DNA from: Octopus sinensis
Taxonomy: Eukaryota
Length of the DNA: 64,000 nucleotides
NCBI RefSeq assembly: GCF_006345805.1
Contig: NC_043001.1
Coordinates: forward strand, 130,882,001 to 130,946,000
Direction of reading: 5' to 3'
The notes beneath the pieces were generated by a model. It made no database searches. It was not told where the DNA came from and was given only the letters and a program-made list of their open reading frames with translations. Positions 50,940-64,000 of this stretch are shown piece after piece; the stretch's first letter is position 1, and the number at the start of each line of letters is the position of its first letter. The position numbers were made by a program, and so were the translations under genes.

Positions 50940-51217
50940 TTGTTACCAGCGCTGCTGGACTGGCTCCTGTGCAGGTGGCACGTAAAAAACACCATTTGAG
51001 TATGGCCATTGCCAGTACTGCCTGACTGGCCCTCAAGCCGGTGGCATGTAAAAGCACCCACTACAATCTTGGAGTGATTGGCATGAGGAAGGGCATCCAG
51101 TTGTAGAAACTCTGCCAGATTAAGATTAGAACCTGGTGCAGCCATCTGGTTCACCAGTCCTCAGTCAAATCATCCAACCCATGCTAGCATGGAAAGTGGA
51201 CGTCAAATGATGATGAT
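50940..51217 (+). mobile_element. RTE-type 3' UTR fragment, diverged
   Basis: UTR subrepeats and gat tail. Confidence 0.7.
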
Positions 51218-51847
51218 ACATATATATATATATATATATATGGTGGGCTTAATATCCTTTATCAGCATGACAATCATCCAACCTCATCTCCTGTAGCTAA
51301 AGAACTTAGACTTATGCGAAAACTGAGTAGAAACATTTATGGTCTTAGTAATTTGCATAATCTAATCAGAAATGAGCTAAGAGGAAGAACTCAGAGTGGC
51401 CAGTGTCATTATTTATATGTGCATTGATATCATTATTTTGATCAAAAGTGCTTGCATTATGCCCCTGGAACCCAATCCTGTCCTCACTGTCCTGCCTATT
51501 GTATCATTTCAATCCTGTCGTTCCACACCTCTATATACCCAGGTTTCACCCATCACTGCATTCTTCCTTCTTTGCATTCATGTGAACTATCTATCCATGC
51601 ACTCTTAGCAATGCTCTACCATCCCTATACCTTAAGAGTATGCCCCAAAACAGGTGAGTATAAGAGAGAATATATGTATAGCAGATGATTTGATCCACAA
51701 ATATAGATACACATTCATGATGTTCTTGAATACCAGTAAAGTACTTGCATTGTGCACTTTTAGCTCCAAATTGGTACACAGAAAATTATACAGTTGACAG
51801 AAACATAGACACAGCATTACTTATTTCACTAATCTTAAACCATGTAT

Positions 51848-52081
51848 TTACTCTTTTTACTCTTTACTCTTTTACTTGTTTCAGTCATTTGACTGCGGCC
51901 ATGCTGGAGCACCACCTTTAGTCGAGCAAATCGACCCCGGGACTTATTCTTTGTAAGCCCAGTACTTATTCTATCAGTCTCTTTTGCCGAACCGCTAAGT
52001 GACGGGGATGTAAACACACCAGCATCGGTTGTCAAGTAATGCTAGGGGGACAAACACAGACACACAAACACACACATACTC

Positions 52082-52116
<35 letters not shown>

Positions 52117-52278
52117 CGACAGGCTTCTTTCAGTTTCCGTCTACCAAATCCACTCACAAGGCATTGGTCGGCCCGGGGCTATAGCGGAAGACACTTGCCC
52201 AAGATGCCATGCAATGGGACAACCCAGAACCATGTGGTTGGTTAGCAAGCTACTTACCACACAGCCACTCCTGCGCCT
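51848..52278 (-). mobile_element. SINE family A, full length
   Basis: Reverse complement of family A. Confidence 0.85.
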
Positions 52279-52672
52279 ATTTAGTTGACAATTCCCTATA
52301 AACTTTCTTTTTCTTGCTCCAATATTGCTTTTAATATATCTTCTGGGCCTGAAATAATTTTGTGGAATGAGTCAGCCAGTGTCACCCGCTTCAATACTTG
52401 TATGGTACTTTATTTTATCAACCCTCAAAAGAATGAAAGACAAAGTTTGATCTCAGCAGGATTTAAACCAAGAATGTAAAGACTTGGAATAAATACACTA
52501 AAAGACTTGTACACAAGATAGTGTGCAAGTATTTTAAAGTAAGGGGGGGGGGAATGGTCTGATTATAATAGGAAAAAATAGAATTTATAAAGCCCAATAT
52601 AACAGCTTATAAAGGACACACTAGTCACTTAAAAGAAAACCTCAGCTTAAAACAATATACAAAAAGAAATAA

Positions 52673-52713
<41 letters not shown>

Positions 52714-53486
52714 TAATAATAATAATAATAATAATAATATTAAACGTTAGGCCTACAAATTCACAGCACTATACTGTAAAATTCTGTCATTTTCCCAACT
52801 ATGATGAATTCTCAAAAGAATAAATTTGTGTCAAAGTCTGCATACTTAGAAAAAAAAATCTAAAAAAAAAAAATGAGTAAATCTACCGAACAGTAGGAAA
52901 TTCATCCATGTAAAAAGATGAAAATAAATAAATAAATAAAAATATATAATGATCATCATATTTCATTTAACCACCACTACAATCTTCACAGCCCACCTCA
53001 CTTGCCCCTACCACCATTGCCAACATCAACAGCATTGTCATCATCATAATCAGGATCAAATCAAGCAAAACAAAACCTATAGAGCCCTGAGGCCAGAAAC
53101 ATTCCTTGAATAAATAATCTTGATAGAGTTGATAACATCAACACTTGAAGTAAACAACGGAAAGTTTGCAGCCTTTATCCATATTTCATTAACGGAATAT
53201 TTCTATACTAGTTTACATATAATTAATACAAAAGCAGACATTTAGTCTGTGGTGATGGATAATTATTACTAAGAAATTTACAATCATTTCTTCCTTACTG
53301 AGTTAGTTTTTAATTCTTTGTTTTCTCTTATTTCATTATATTTACATTTGTTTATTTCATTTACATTTTTTTTTTTATAATTTACAAAACTAAAAAAAAA
53401 ATGATGAAAAATTTTATCTTTTCATGAGGCATTGTTGAAGAGTTTGGGTATAGTGTGAATAAAGAAAATAAAAATAGTAAGAAAAT

Positions 53487-53494
53487 AAATAAGA

Positions 53495-53554
<60 letters not shown>

Positions 53555-53582
53555 AAGAAGAAGAAGAAGAAGAAGAAGAAGA
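53487..53582. repeat. (AAT)n followed by (AAG)n
   Basis: Directly visible. Confidence 0.95.
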
Positions 53583-54117
53583 TTGGTAAGGGTGACACAA
53601 GACTGTTACTGAGATGGGTGATGAAAATCAATTTGAATTGCTAAAGATCATAAAAAGTACAGAAATGCAGATAGTTGCAGATAGTTTTGGTTTATTATTC
53701 AGCAATGTTTAATCAATAAAACAAACATACTCAAAGTGAATAGAAACTTTTATTTTAGTTTCAATTCTGACAGGCAACTAAAATTTATTTAAACACACCA
53801 ACATCTTCCTCTCCTAATGAATGGCTTAGTGATATATCTTATAATTTTGAATTGGGCATGGCTGTATGTTTTAGAATTTCACTTTGTAGCACATGGTCTT
53901 GGGTTCAGTTATGCAGTGCAGCAGCATCATCAGCAGGTATCTTCTACTATAGCTCTGGGTCAACCAAATCTTGTGTGTAGATTTGGAAGAGAAGAACTGG
54001 ACATGCGTGTATGTGTGTCTGTGTGTGTATGAATAAAGAGGGAGAGAGAGAGAAATCATGAGATTCATGTGACACAGTAAATAGTGCTCAATATAACGAA
54101 TATAAAGTTAATTTATA

Positions 54118-54361
54118 TCATCATCATCATCATCATTTAGCGTCCGTTTTCCATGCTAGCATGGGTTAGACGGTTCAACTGGGGTCTGTGAAGCCGGAAG
54201 GCTTCATCAGGCCCAGTCAGATCTGGTAGTGTTTCTATGGCTGGATGCCCTTCTAACGCCAACCACTCCGTGAGTGTAGTGGGTGCTTTTTACGTGCCAC
54301 CTGCACAGGTGCCAGACAGAGCTGGCAAACGGCCATGAACGGATGGTGCTTTTACGTGCCA
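54118..54361 (-). mobile_element. RTE-type 3' UTR fragment
   Basis: Near reverse complement of 941-1169. Confidence 0.8.
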
Positions 54362-56023
54362 CATTTTTACAAGCACAATCTTTTCATATTACTATAAGTT
54401 TCAAAATCACTCTAAAGCATGCAAAGTTTTTGACTTCATTTTCATCAGACTTGTCTTGCTTGTACATCTGCATCACTCTGTATGTGAACTAATATATGAT
54501 CTTACAGACGACCACCTATGACAAAAGAAAAAATTTGAGTCGGACTCATTGAACATTAAATTTCAATTACTTTGGACATTTAAATTCCAAAAGTTCTTTG
54601 ATCCTTTCCAACGCAGCCCTCAGCGTTTACATTAACAATTTAAAAAAAGAAAAGAAAGAAAATGAGAGAGAGGGCTCAAAGTAGGTCTCACACAGAGGCA
54701 GATATACAAATCCTCCAAGAAAATAAACTTAACCAGCTTAAACTTAAACTCAACTGATTGTCCTCTATACTTGGAAATATGCACACTCACACACACACAC
54801 ACACACACACATACACAGATTGGCAAATGCAGGGAAATTGAAACTCTTGCCCTTTGAATCACAATTGAACTACTGGCTCATGAGCAGTTAGACTACAGAC
54901 TCACAAAAGTTTAAACTCCCTGCTCATCTTAAGAAGTATTAGACTACCAGTTTATGAGGTATTAGACTATCTGCACATATGATAACTCATGAGGATTTAC
55001 ACTCAGAAGAAGTTAGACTCCTTCCCTTCTTATGAAGTGTTAGATCACCAGCTCAAATTTGCTTCAAGAATTTCATTGTATTTTTAGTCAGTCTACATGA
55101 GCCTACATTGTTTTAGTTCATCTTTCCTTTGAGTAGGTACCTGTTCCTTGGGGAATGTTACCTGCAATAAATTTGTGTCATTTCTAAGCAATTTATTTAC
55201 ATTCTATCCACATAAGGCCATGAAATCAGAGCTAAACACTATATTTCTGAAGCTCAACATTTACATTACAAATACTTTGCCATGCACTGACCCTTCACAT
55301 AACTTGTACTATTATAAATATTGATACTGTTATTGGTTTTTTTTTATTTAACTTCTGTCTTGATTGCGTAGACCTATCATCAAGAGTTACCAGCTATGGC
55401 CATCTCATTTTAATTACAGTGTACCAAGTACAACATTATTCAATATGTTATTGGTTTAGAATCGTAATGCATGATTTGAGAGAGATTTGACTGCTATTTC
55501 TAGAAAGTGAAACTACCACATAAAGGTTCTCTTACTGGCTCATCCAATATAATGCATTTTTATAGGAAGGAGTTGCTGAGCCATAGTTCAAATCCTCTTC
55601 TAGAAGAGCAGAACACAACACTTGAAGTAAGAAGAGAGACTGAAGGTGACCACCTACCATATTAGAAATAGTAGCCAATTTTCCATCAAATCACATATTA
55701 CTATCTTGTGAAATGAAAGGGCACATTTGATCAATATACTCCTAAATAAAGGACAGAATATTCATTGCTAAAATGTGCTTAATCATAAACCTGTTCATTT
55801 ACTATTGACAAGGTGCTAAGCAACAACAACAACAATACACTCATCAATTTTACAGTGACACAAACACTTGCAACAGGGAACTAAGTTGATGGACTTAGCC
55901 ATACAGACTTAAGTGCTTTATATATAAGACCCCGGTCAGGCTTCATCAAGCAGACACATGATCAAAGGTATTTTTGTGATGATCACCCTGTTTATTTAAG
56001 AGATTTATAAAACTACTTTATAT

Positions 56024-56397
56024 GTGCAGGAGTGGCTGTGTGGTAAGTAGCATGTTTACCAACCACATGGTTCCGGGTTCAGTCCCATTGCATGGCACCT
56101 TGGGCAAGTGTCTTCTACTATAGCCTCGGGCCGACCAAAGCCTTGTGAGTGGATTTGGCAGACGGAAACTGAAAGAAGCCCGTCGTATATATGTACATAT
56201 ATATATGCATGTGTATGTTTGTGTGTCTGTGTTTGTCCCCTTAGCATTGCTTGGCAACCGATGCTGGTGTGTTTATGTCCCCGTTACTTAGCGGGCTTAC
56301 AAAAGAATAAGTCCCGGGGTCGATTTGCTCGATTAAAGGCGGTGCTCCAGCATGGCCGCAGTCAAATGACTGAAACAAGTAAAAGAGTAAAAGAGTG
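56024..56397 (+). mobile_element. SINE family A
   Basis: Family A with a small internal deletion. Confidence 0.85.
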
Positions 56398-56683
56398 AAG
56401 AGTAGGTGCAGGTGTTGCTTCTCAACCACATGGTTCAGGGTTCAGTCTCACAACGTGGCACCTTGGACAATCGACTTCTACTAAAGCCTCAGACCAACGA
56501 AATCCTTGTGAATGGATTTGGTAGATAGGTAGTTTACTGGTGAAGCAGGATCACTTTCTCAGTATTTGTTGGGTATTTGATTAATTAGAGAGACGTCAGA
56601 TGGAAGATAAGATACGAGAAAGTTTGTTGATCACTACAATTGTTTCAACCCATGTAGCATCAATCTCTCATTAATCATATATA

Positions 56684-56740
<57 letters not shown>

Positions 56741-57455
56741 GTATGTGTATATATATATATATATGTATATATATGTATGTATATATATATATACATATAT
56801 ATATATATAAGAAAAGATAAGTACTGGGGTTGATGCATTCAATAAAAAATTCTTCAAGGTGGTGCTCCAGCATGGCCACAGTCTACTGACTGAAAACAAG
56901 TAAAAAGAAAAAAAGGAAGGGAAAAGGCTATATGATGTCTTTTGTTTTGCTGCTCTGAAATAATATCCTTACATATGTATATGCCTGTCAATTGATCTCA
57001 ATGCTCAAATTATGTTAGCAAAGTTTCAACAATACCTAACCTCCCTTGTTCAGAACTATTGTGTTTGCTGCAATTCAATATGTTTGCTGCAGTTCTATCT
57101 GTCGTGAGCAAGAGAACGTTAATGAAGCATCAGAGATTGCTTCCTTTTGTTGTTTATTTGTATGTAAAGATACATCCTGCTTTATAAGTGCTCAGTTAAT
57201 GACAGGATATTTACAAACAAATTAACTTGTATAATCGTTTTTTGAATGGATTGCTCAATCTAAAGCTTCAGCAAATGCACAATGTTCTTCTATGTGATAA
57301 ATAACAAAAGAGCGGGAGCTTTTGACTTCTAATAGCAATGATAATCTCAGTTATTAGGTTTAATATGTTACATATGTGAAACACTACCACGAGATGGTTC
57401 CAGGTTCAATCTCACTGCCTGATATCATGACCAAATGAAAACAGCAAAAATATAT

Positions 57456-57859
57456 ACTCTTTACTTGTTTCAGTCATTTGACTGGGGCCATGCTGGAGCA
57501 CCGCCTTTAGTCGAGCAAATCGACCCCGGGACTTATTCTTTGTAAGCCCAGTACTTATTCTATCGGTCTATTTTGTCGAACCGCTAAGTGACGGGGATGT
57601 AAACACACCAGCATCAGTTGTCAAGCAATGCTAGGGGGACAAACACAGACACACAAACATATACACACACACACATATATATATATACATATATACGACA
57701 GGCTTCTTTCAGTTTCCGTCTACCAAATCCACTCACAAGGCATTGGTCAGCCCGGGGCTATAGCAGAAGACACTTGCCCAAGATGCCACGCAGTGGGACT
57801 GAACCCGGAACCATGTGGCTGGTTAGTAATCTACTTACCACACGGCCACTCCTGCGCCT
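57456..57859 (-). mobile_element. SINE family A, full length
   Basis: Reverse complement of family A. Confidence 0.85.
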
Positions 57860-57884
57860 ATGTTAAAAAATGTTAAAAAATTCA

Positions 57885-59420
57885 GTTAATTTATTTGGCA
57901 TGGAGTGGATGGAACTATTCAAATTGTGGAATATGCCATAAGTATTTTATGTGGGAATATAGTCGGTTCAGTTAAAGGTTCAAATACAGCTGAGGGGTTC
58001 AAGCAAAAAATAAAACATTTATTTCTAGATGTTTCCTCGGAGGAATTGAAAACGAAGGCAAAAATTGTAGTAAAACAAAGTGTAACACCTGTATTTAAGC
58101 CAAAACGGAATGTACTGATTGCAGCAATAAACCAGGTAAACAACAAACCTGAAAGACTTGGAAACCTAGGAATAACTGAGAAGATGGGCCACTCAGACTG
58201 GGCAGCACCTACGGTCTATGTAAAAAAAAAAAAATAATAAAGTAAGAGTTTGTGCAGGTTTTTCAACAGGGTTGAATGATTGCTCAGTTTCACATAACTA
58301 TCCACTGCCGAGTCTTGAGGAAGTGTTTACAAAACTGAAGGGAGGGAAATTCTTCTCAAAATTAAACCTTTCGGAGGCATATCTACAAATCCACTGCCGA
58401 GTCTTGAGGAAGTGCTAACAAAACTGAAGGGAGGGAAATTTTTCTCAAAATTAAACCTTTCGGAGGCATATCTACAAATCCACTGCCGAGTCTTGAGGAA
58501 GTGTTTACAAAACTGAAGGGAGGGAAATTCTTCTCAAAATTAAACCTTTTGGAGGCATATCTACAAATCCACTGCCGAGTCTTGAGGAAGTGCTTACAAA
58601 ACTGAAGGGAGGGAAATTCTTCTCAAAATTAAACCTTTCGGGGGCATATCTACAAATCCAGGTAGAAGAAGAATGCTCACACTTATTAACCATCAGTTAT
58701 TAACCGCAGTTAATTTAAATCTAAGCAGCTTCTCTTTGGTGTAAAAGTTGCTCCTTCCATATGTCAGCAACTAATGCATAAAATGCTGGGTGACTGTCAT
58801 TTTGCTATTGCCTATTTAGATGATATTCTAACAAAAAGTAAATCACATGTAGAACACCTTAAAAGGATATTCAAAAAGATTAGAGAATATGGCTTCAAGT
58901 TAACAGATCCCAGATCTAATGAACAAGCAAATCACTTTGTTGATATGTTCAAGAGAGCCCAAAGAAAGTCAAATAAGGAAGTTACAGATGAGGTAGCTCT
59001 ACAACAATTCTTAAGAATATACCGTGTGACACCAAATCCAAATACTGCAGCAGGTATGTCACCAGCAGAGCTGATGTTGTTTGCAAAGAAAATAAAATTA
59101 GCCTTCAACAAAGTGCTACCTGGCAAGAAAAGAATGATTGCAATGGGAAATACAGCAAGATATTTCAAAATTGGTCAAAAGGTATTTATTAGGACATATA
59201 AGAATGGAAAACAAGTTGGGAAGATGGCATGATTACCAAACATATAGGAAAAATTCTATACTTGGTAAAAGGAAGAAAAGGGGTATACAAGAGACACATG
59301 AACCAACTGAAAAAAAGATTTGTTGAGAGCAAACCCAAAGGAATGGAAGAACCAATGGAATGGTTACATGATACTTTTCAATTACAAACACCACAACAAA
59401 TAATTGAACCCTGACACACA
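57885..59420 (+). mobile_element. Ty3/Gypsy pol remnant: protease end, RT, integrase C-terminus; RNase H region absent
   Basis: NLFGMEWM; PVFKPKRNV..SDWAAPTVYV; YPLPSLEEVF..LKGGKFFSKLNLSEAYLQI; YLDDIL; PRSNEQA..FVDMFKR..FLRIYRVTP...SPAEL; F.IGQKV..RH.NQL. Confidence 0.9.
58301..58658 (+). repeat. 4 x 89-bp tandem repeat inside RT
   Basis: tccactgccgagtcttgagg at 58301, 58390, 58479 and 58568. Confidence 0.95.
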
Positions 59421-59580
59421 AGCATAATATACAGAGTACCTGGAAGTGGATGCCAAGTAAAAAAAAATATTAAATTTGTAACTGTATGAAAAATAAAAAA
59501 AAACGGGAAGGTGGGGTGATGTAAAAATTATTGCTATAAAAAGAAATAAAATTACACACCCTGAGAAAAAAGAAAAACTT

Positions 59581-59796
59581 AAAAGGGAAGAAGTTATGGG
59601 GATAATAGTAATAATAGAACACTCCTCTCATGTGATGAGTGGTATGTGCTAGTCATTATAAATACTGTCAGTCAGTGTCAGTATAAGTAGAGAGTATGAG
59701 GTACATGGTCATAAATAGTCATGGTCTTACTTGTCTAATTAACTATACTGCTATACCAGAGTGGATGTTATAACAGTCCGACAGAGGATTACAACA
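59581..59796 (+). mobile_element. Possible polypurine tract and 3' LTR of the Gypsy remnant
   Basis: aaaagggaagaag purine run, then ~200 bp ending tacaaca; no 5' LTR available to confirm. Confidence 0.35.
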
Positions 59797-60073
59797 ATAT
59801 TGTAAGATAGTTGTGAATTAGTGTGACTGTCATATCAAGCTGTCATTTATTTCCAATATTCTGTGCAAACATGCCTGGCCATGGAAACAGGCAAGGTTTA
59901 GCAAGAGAAAGTGCACCTGAAGGTTGAAAATCTGCATCAATAAATTCTGTCCAACTCATACAAGCATGGAAAAGTTGATGTCAAAACATCATCACCATCA
60001 TTGATCAACGTCTGTTTTCTATGCTGGCTTGAGTTAGAAGGTCTGACAGGAGCTGGTCAGGCTCCAATTGTCT

Positions 60074-60363
60074 GTTAGGGCAGCGGACTCGCGGTCGTAG
60101 GATCGCAGTTTCGATTCCCAGACCGGGCGTTGTGAGTGTTTATTGAGCAAAAACACCTAAAACTCCACGAGGCTCCGGCAGGGATGGTGGTGATCCCTGC
60201 TGTACTCTTTCGCCACAACTTTCTCTCACTCTTTCTTCTGTTGGCCTGCTCGCTTAGCCAGCGGGGTGGCGTCATTTGAAGGCTAAAACAATGCGAAGCG
60301 CATTGTGACCAGCGATGTGTAACAACATCTGATAGCCTGGTCGGTCACGGTGATCATGGTGAT
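60074..60363 (+). mobile_element. SINE family C, 5' truncated
   Basis: Matches 18425-18733. Confidence 0.85.
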
Positions 60364-60567
60364 ATACATACATAGAGGCAGAAACACATAGCCATTACTG
60401 TTTTCTTTCCTCCAGACAATCAGTGTCTTTTCCTTAATGAGGATGTCAGTATTGAACATAAGATTCATGAGATTATTTTTTCATCTCAATTTGTCATTGT
60501 TGTACATGTCTCTCTCTTTCTCTCACTCTCTCCCTCTCTCTATCTATCTATATATCTATATATATAT

Positions 60568-60952
60568 ACTCTTTTACTCTTTTACTTGTTTCAGTCATTT
60601 GACTGCGGCCATGCTGGAGCACCGCCTTTAATCGAGCAACTCGACCCCCGGGACTTATTCTTTTGTAAGCCCAGTACTTATTCTATCGGTCTCTTTTGCC
60701 TAGCAATGCTAGGGGGACAAACACAGACACACAAACATACACACGCATATATATACATACATATATATATATATATATGTACATATATATGACGGGCTTC
60801 TTTCAGTTTCCGTCTACCAAATCCACTCACAAGGCTTTGGTCGGCCCGAGCTATAGTAGAAGACATTTGCCCAAGGTGCCATGCAGTGGGACTGAACCCT
60901 GAACCATGTGGTTGGTAAACAAGCTACTTACCACACAGCCACTCCTGCGCCT
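60568..60952 (-). mobile_element. SINE family A
   Basis: Reverse complement of family A with an internal deletion. Confidence 0.85.
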
Positions 60953-61098
60953 ATATATATGTATTTTTCTTTATACTGGTTAAATCCACTGTTGTGCTAT
61001 ATATTTCTTAAACATAAGGACTGGCAGTGGGCGTTTAGCTAATAAGCTGAACTAAATCTTTAAATAATTCAGTGCTTCAGCATGGCCACAGCCTAATG

Positions 61099-61216
61099 AA
61101 CTGCAAACCAGAAATATCTAGTTACGGTGAAGCATTTTCTATATCTGCATATCCATCAACTGCAAACCAGAAATATCTAGTTACGGTGAAGCATTTCCAT
61201 ATCTGCATATCCATCC
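61099..61216. repeat. 59-bp tandem duplication
   Basis: aactgcaaaccagaaatatctagttacggtgaagcatt at 61099 and 61158. Confidence 0.9.
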
Positions 61217-61696
61217 GTAAGGACGTTGTGAGTGATATTTTAATAATTATTTAAAAACTGTATGTAACTAAAGTTATTTATTAGATTTTTGGAATTTATT
61301 AGCAAGGTATATTTAAAGTCAATGCAGATGGTATTTTTAAAGCTGATATAATTTAATGAATGTTCAGTAAAAGGCATTCTACAGCACACGCGCTCTCTTA
61401 TTTAACTATAGCTTCTATTAGGGTAATTTTTCTTTTTCACTGGGTGTGTGTGTGTGTGTTGTCTGTTTGTTATTTTGATTTCCTAAGTTTATACACACAG
61501 TGGTTAATATAATATTTTGAGAGAATGTAATAAAGATCATTAATTATATAGCCAGCCACACACACACACATTCTATATGGGGTGGTGAATGTGTGTGTTC
61601 ATATTTGTTTACACAGGTTGTATATAAATAAATATGTATGTGTATATTCATGTGCATAATATATATATACATAATATATATACATAATATATATAC

Positions 61697-61740
<44 letters not shown>

Positions 61741-61891
61741 ATATATATACATAATATATATACATAATATATATATATATATATATACATACATATATAT
61801 ATATACATATATGCATACATACACACACCACATATATATATATATATATTATACATATATATACATATATATATGTATTATATTTATACAC

Positions 61892-61928
<37 letters not shown>

Positions 61929-62281
61929 CATGCATACATATGCATATATATTCATGTATTATACGTACATATGCATGTATCTATTTGTGTGTTTGTGTAT
62001 GCTTAAACATAAAAATACATACTCATACAAACACACATGCATGTATTCAAGTGCACACACAATAAAACACTCAGATGTATACACAGACACACACAATTAT
62101 GAGTTTGTATGTGTATTTACACATACATATGGGCCTCCATGTATTTAAGTGGTGGTATATACATATGTGGTGGTATATACATACATGATGATATACACAA
62201 TATATTTACACAGATATTTAGATATGTGTGCGCATGTGCATATATGTGTATATGCATATGAATATATGCATATGTTTATAT

Positions 62282-62466
62282 GCGCAGGCGTGGTTGTGTG
62301 GTAAGAAGATTACTTCCCAACCACATGGTTCCAGGTTCAGTCCCACTGAATGGCACTTTAGTCAGCCTGAAGCTATAGTAGAAGACGCTTGCCATGCAGT
62401 GGGACTGAACCTGAAACCATGTGGCTGGGAAGCAAGCTTCTTACCACACAGCCACTCTTGTGCCTA
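62282..62466 (+). mobile_element. SINE family A head fragment
   Basis: Head sequence, partly rearranged. Confidence 0.7.
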
Positions 62467-62494
62467 TATAAACATATATATATATGTGTGTGTG

Positions 62495-62735
62495 TGTAGA
62501 GGTGCGTGGCTTAGTGGTTAGCGTGTCAGCACCATGATCGTAAGATTGTGGTTTCGATTCCTGGACCGGGCAACACATTGTGTTCTTGAGCAAAACACTT
62601 CATTTCATGTTGCTCCAGTCCACACGGCTGGCAAAAATGAATAACGCTGTGATGGACTGGCGTCCCATCCAGCTAGTTAACACATACACCATAGAAACTG
62701 GGAAACCGGGCCCATGAGCCTGTCTAGGCTTTAAA
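62495..62735 (+). mobile_element. SINE with family G-type head and a third tail variant
   Basis: G-type head and central block, then gctgtgatggactggcgtcccatccag... Confidence 0.7.
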
Positions 62736-62809
62736 AAGGAAGATTTATTTTTTTTATTTTATATATATGTATATATATATATTTACATATACACATGCAC
62801 ATATATATA

Positions 62810-63038
62810 CGGCGAGCTGGCAGACACGTTAGCGCGCCGGGCGAAATGCTTAGTGGTTTTTCGTCTGTCGTTACGTTCTGAGTTCAAATTCCGCCGAGGT
62901 CGACTTTGCCTTTCATCCTTTCGGGGTCGATAAATAAAGTACCAGTTTCGCACTGGGGTCGATGTAATCGACTTAATCCCTCTGTCTGTCCTTGTTTGTC
63001 CCCTCTATGTTTAGCCCCTTGTGGGCAATAAAGAAATA
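62810..63038 (+). mobile_element. SINE family B
   Basis: Full family B unit. Confidence 0.85.
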
Positions 63039-63099
63039 TATATGTATATATACACCCATACACATATGTACATATATATGTGTGTGTGTGTGTATATAT

Positions 63100-63374
63100 A
63101 TCGCCGCAACCGCCAGGCTATCAGATGTTGCTACACATCGCTGGTCACAATGCGCTTCGCATTGTTTTAGCCTTCAAATGACGCCACCCCGCTGGCTAAG
63201 CGAGGAGGCCAACAGAAGAAAGAGTGAGAGAAAGTTGTGGCGAAAGAGTACAGCAGGGATCGCCACCATCCCCTGCCGGAGCCTCGTGGAGCTTTTAGGT
63301 GTTTTCACTGGGAATCGAAACCGCAATCCTACGACTGCGAGTCCACTGCCCTAACCACGGGCCATTGTGCCTCC

Positions 63375-63375
<1 letters not shown>
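63100..63375 (-). mobile_element. SINE family C
   Basis: Reverse complement of family C with an internal deletion. Confidence 0.85.
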
Positions 63376-63414
<39 letters not shown>

Positions 63415-63823
63415 GAAATATATAAACTTACTGCCACACATGCATGTATAAACAATCACCAGTACACAAATAGACATGTATTCGTGAATGTCAGATTCTT
63501 AAAAATAAACATCCCTGCATGGTAATAAATTCCAGGGATCACTTGATGAATCCCACTCACCCCACTTTTTCTTCCACCACCACCACCACCACCACCACCC
63601 CCCTCTGCCTCTCCACTCGTTTCTTCAAGGTAACTCTGAGATTAACATCTCCCTGTGCCCACTTCTTCTTCGTTAGATTACTTTCATTAAAGCAGACATT
63701 ATTTAAATTACTACTCAGCCTTTATTTTTCAGCTTCGCTGCTACAATCTCACTAATGAAGCAGTAGTTGTTGTTGTTGTTGGTGGTAGTGTTGGTGGTGA
63801 TGGCGATGGTAATGGTAATGATG

Positions 63824-64000
63824 GCGTTAGCATGCCAGGCGAAATGCCTGGCAGTATTTCGTCTGCCGTTACGTTGTGAGTTCAAATTCCGCCGAGGTCG
63901 ACTTTGCCTTTCATCCTTTCGGGGTCGATAAATTAAGTACCAGTTACGCACTGGGGTCGATGTAATCGACTTAATACCTATGTCTGTCCTTGTTTGTCCC
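63824..64000 (+). mobile_element. SINE family B, cut by the window end
   Basis: Family B body. Confidence 0.85.

Noticed and set aside
58301-58658. Regular repeats as a possible CRISPR array
   Set aside because: Contiguous units with no spacers, derived from RT coding sequence, in a eukaryotic context

Overview
AT-rich, repeat-saturated eukaryotic DNA with no intact protein-coding gene that I can support. The SINE and microsatellite landscape most resembles an Octopus genome (inference). Coordinates were read by eye and element boundaries are approximate. It contains dozens of tRNA-headed SINE copies (working labels A, B, C, G), 3' remnants of an RTE-type LINE with a (GAT)n tail, a CR1/L2-like LINE 3' end, and a Penelope-like GIY-YIG remnant. 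It also has decayed Tc1/mariner transposases (DD36E and DD37D spacing), piggyBac-like and hAT-like MITEs, a rearranged Gypsy pol remnant, many micro/minisatellites and a 100-N gap. Nearly all ORF-track entries are microsatellite or SINE artefacts. The most notable signal is a set of about 5 unrelated short repeat families, each folding as a minimal type I hammerhead ribozyme. One is canonical (6107-6177). One has a compensatory G3:C8 core swap inside a 277-bp palindrome (40708-40757). One family has a fixed U4C core. Ribozyme activity is inferred from folding only and is untested.
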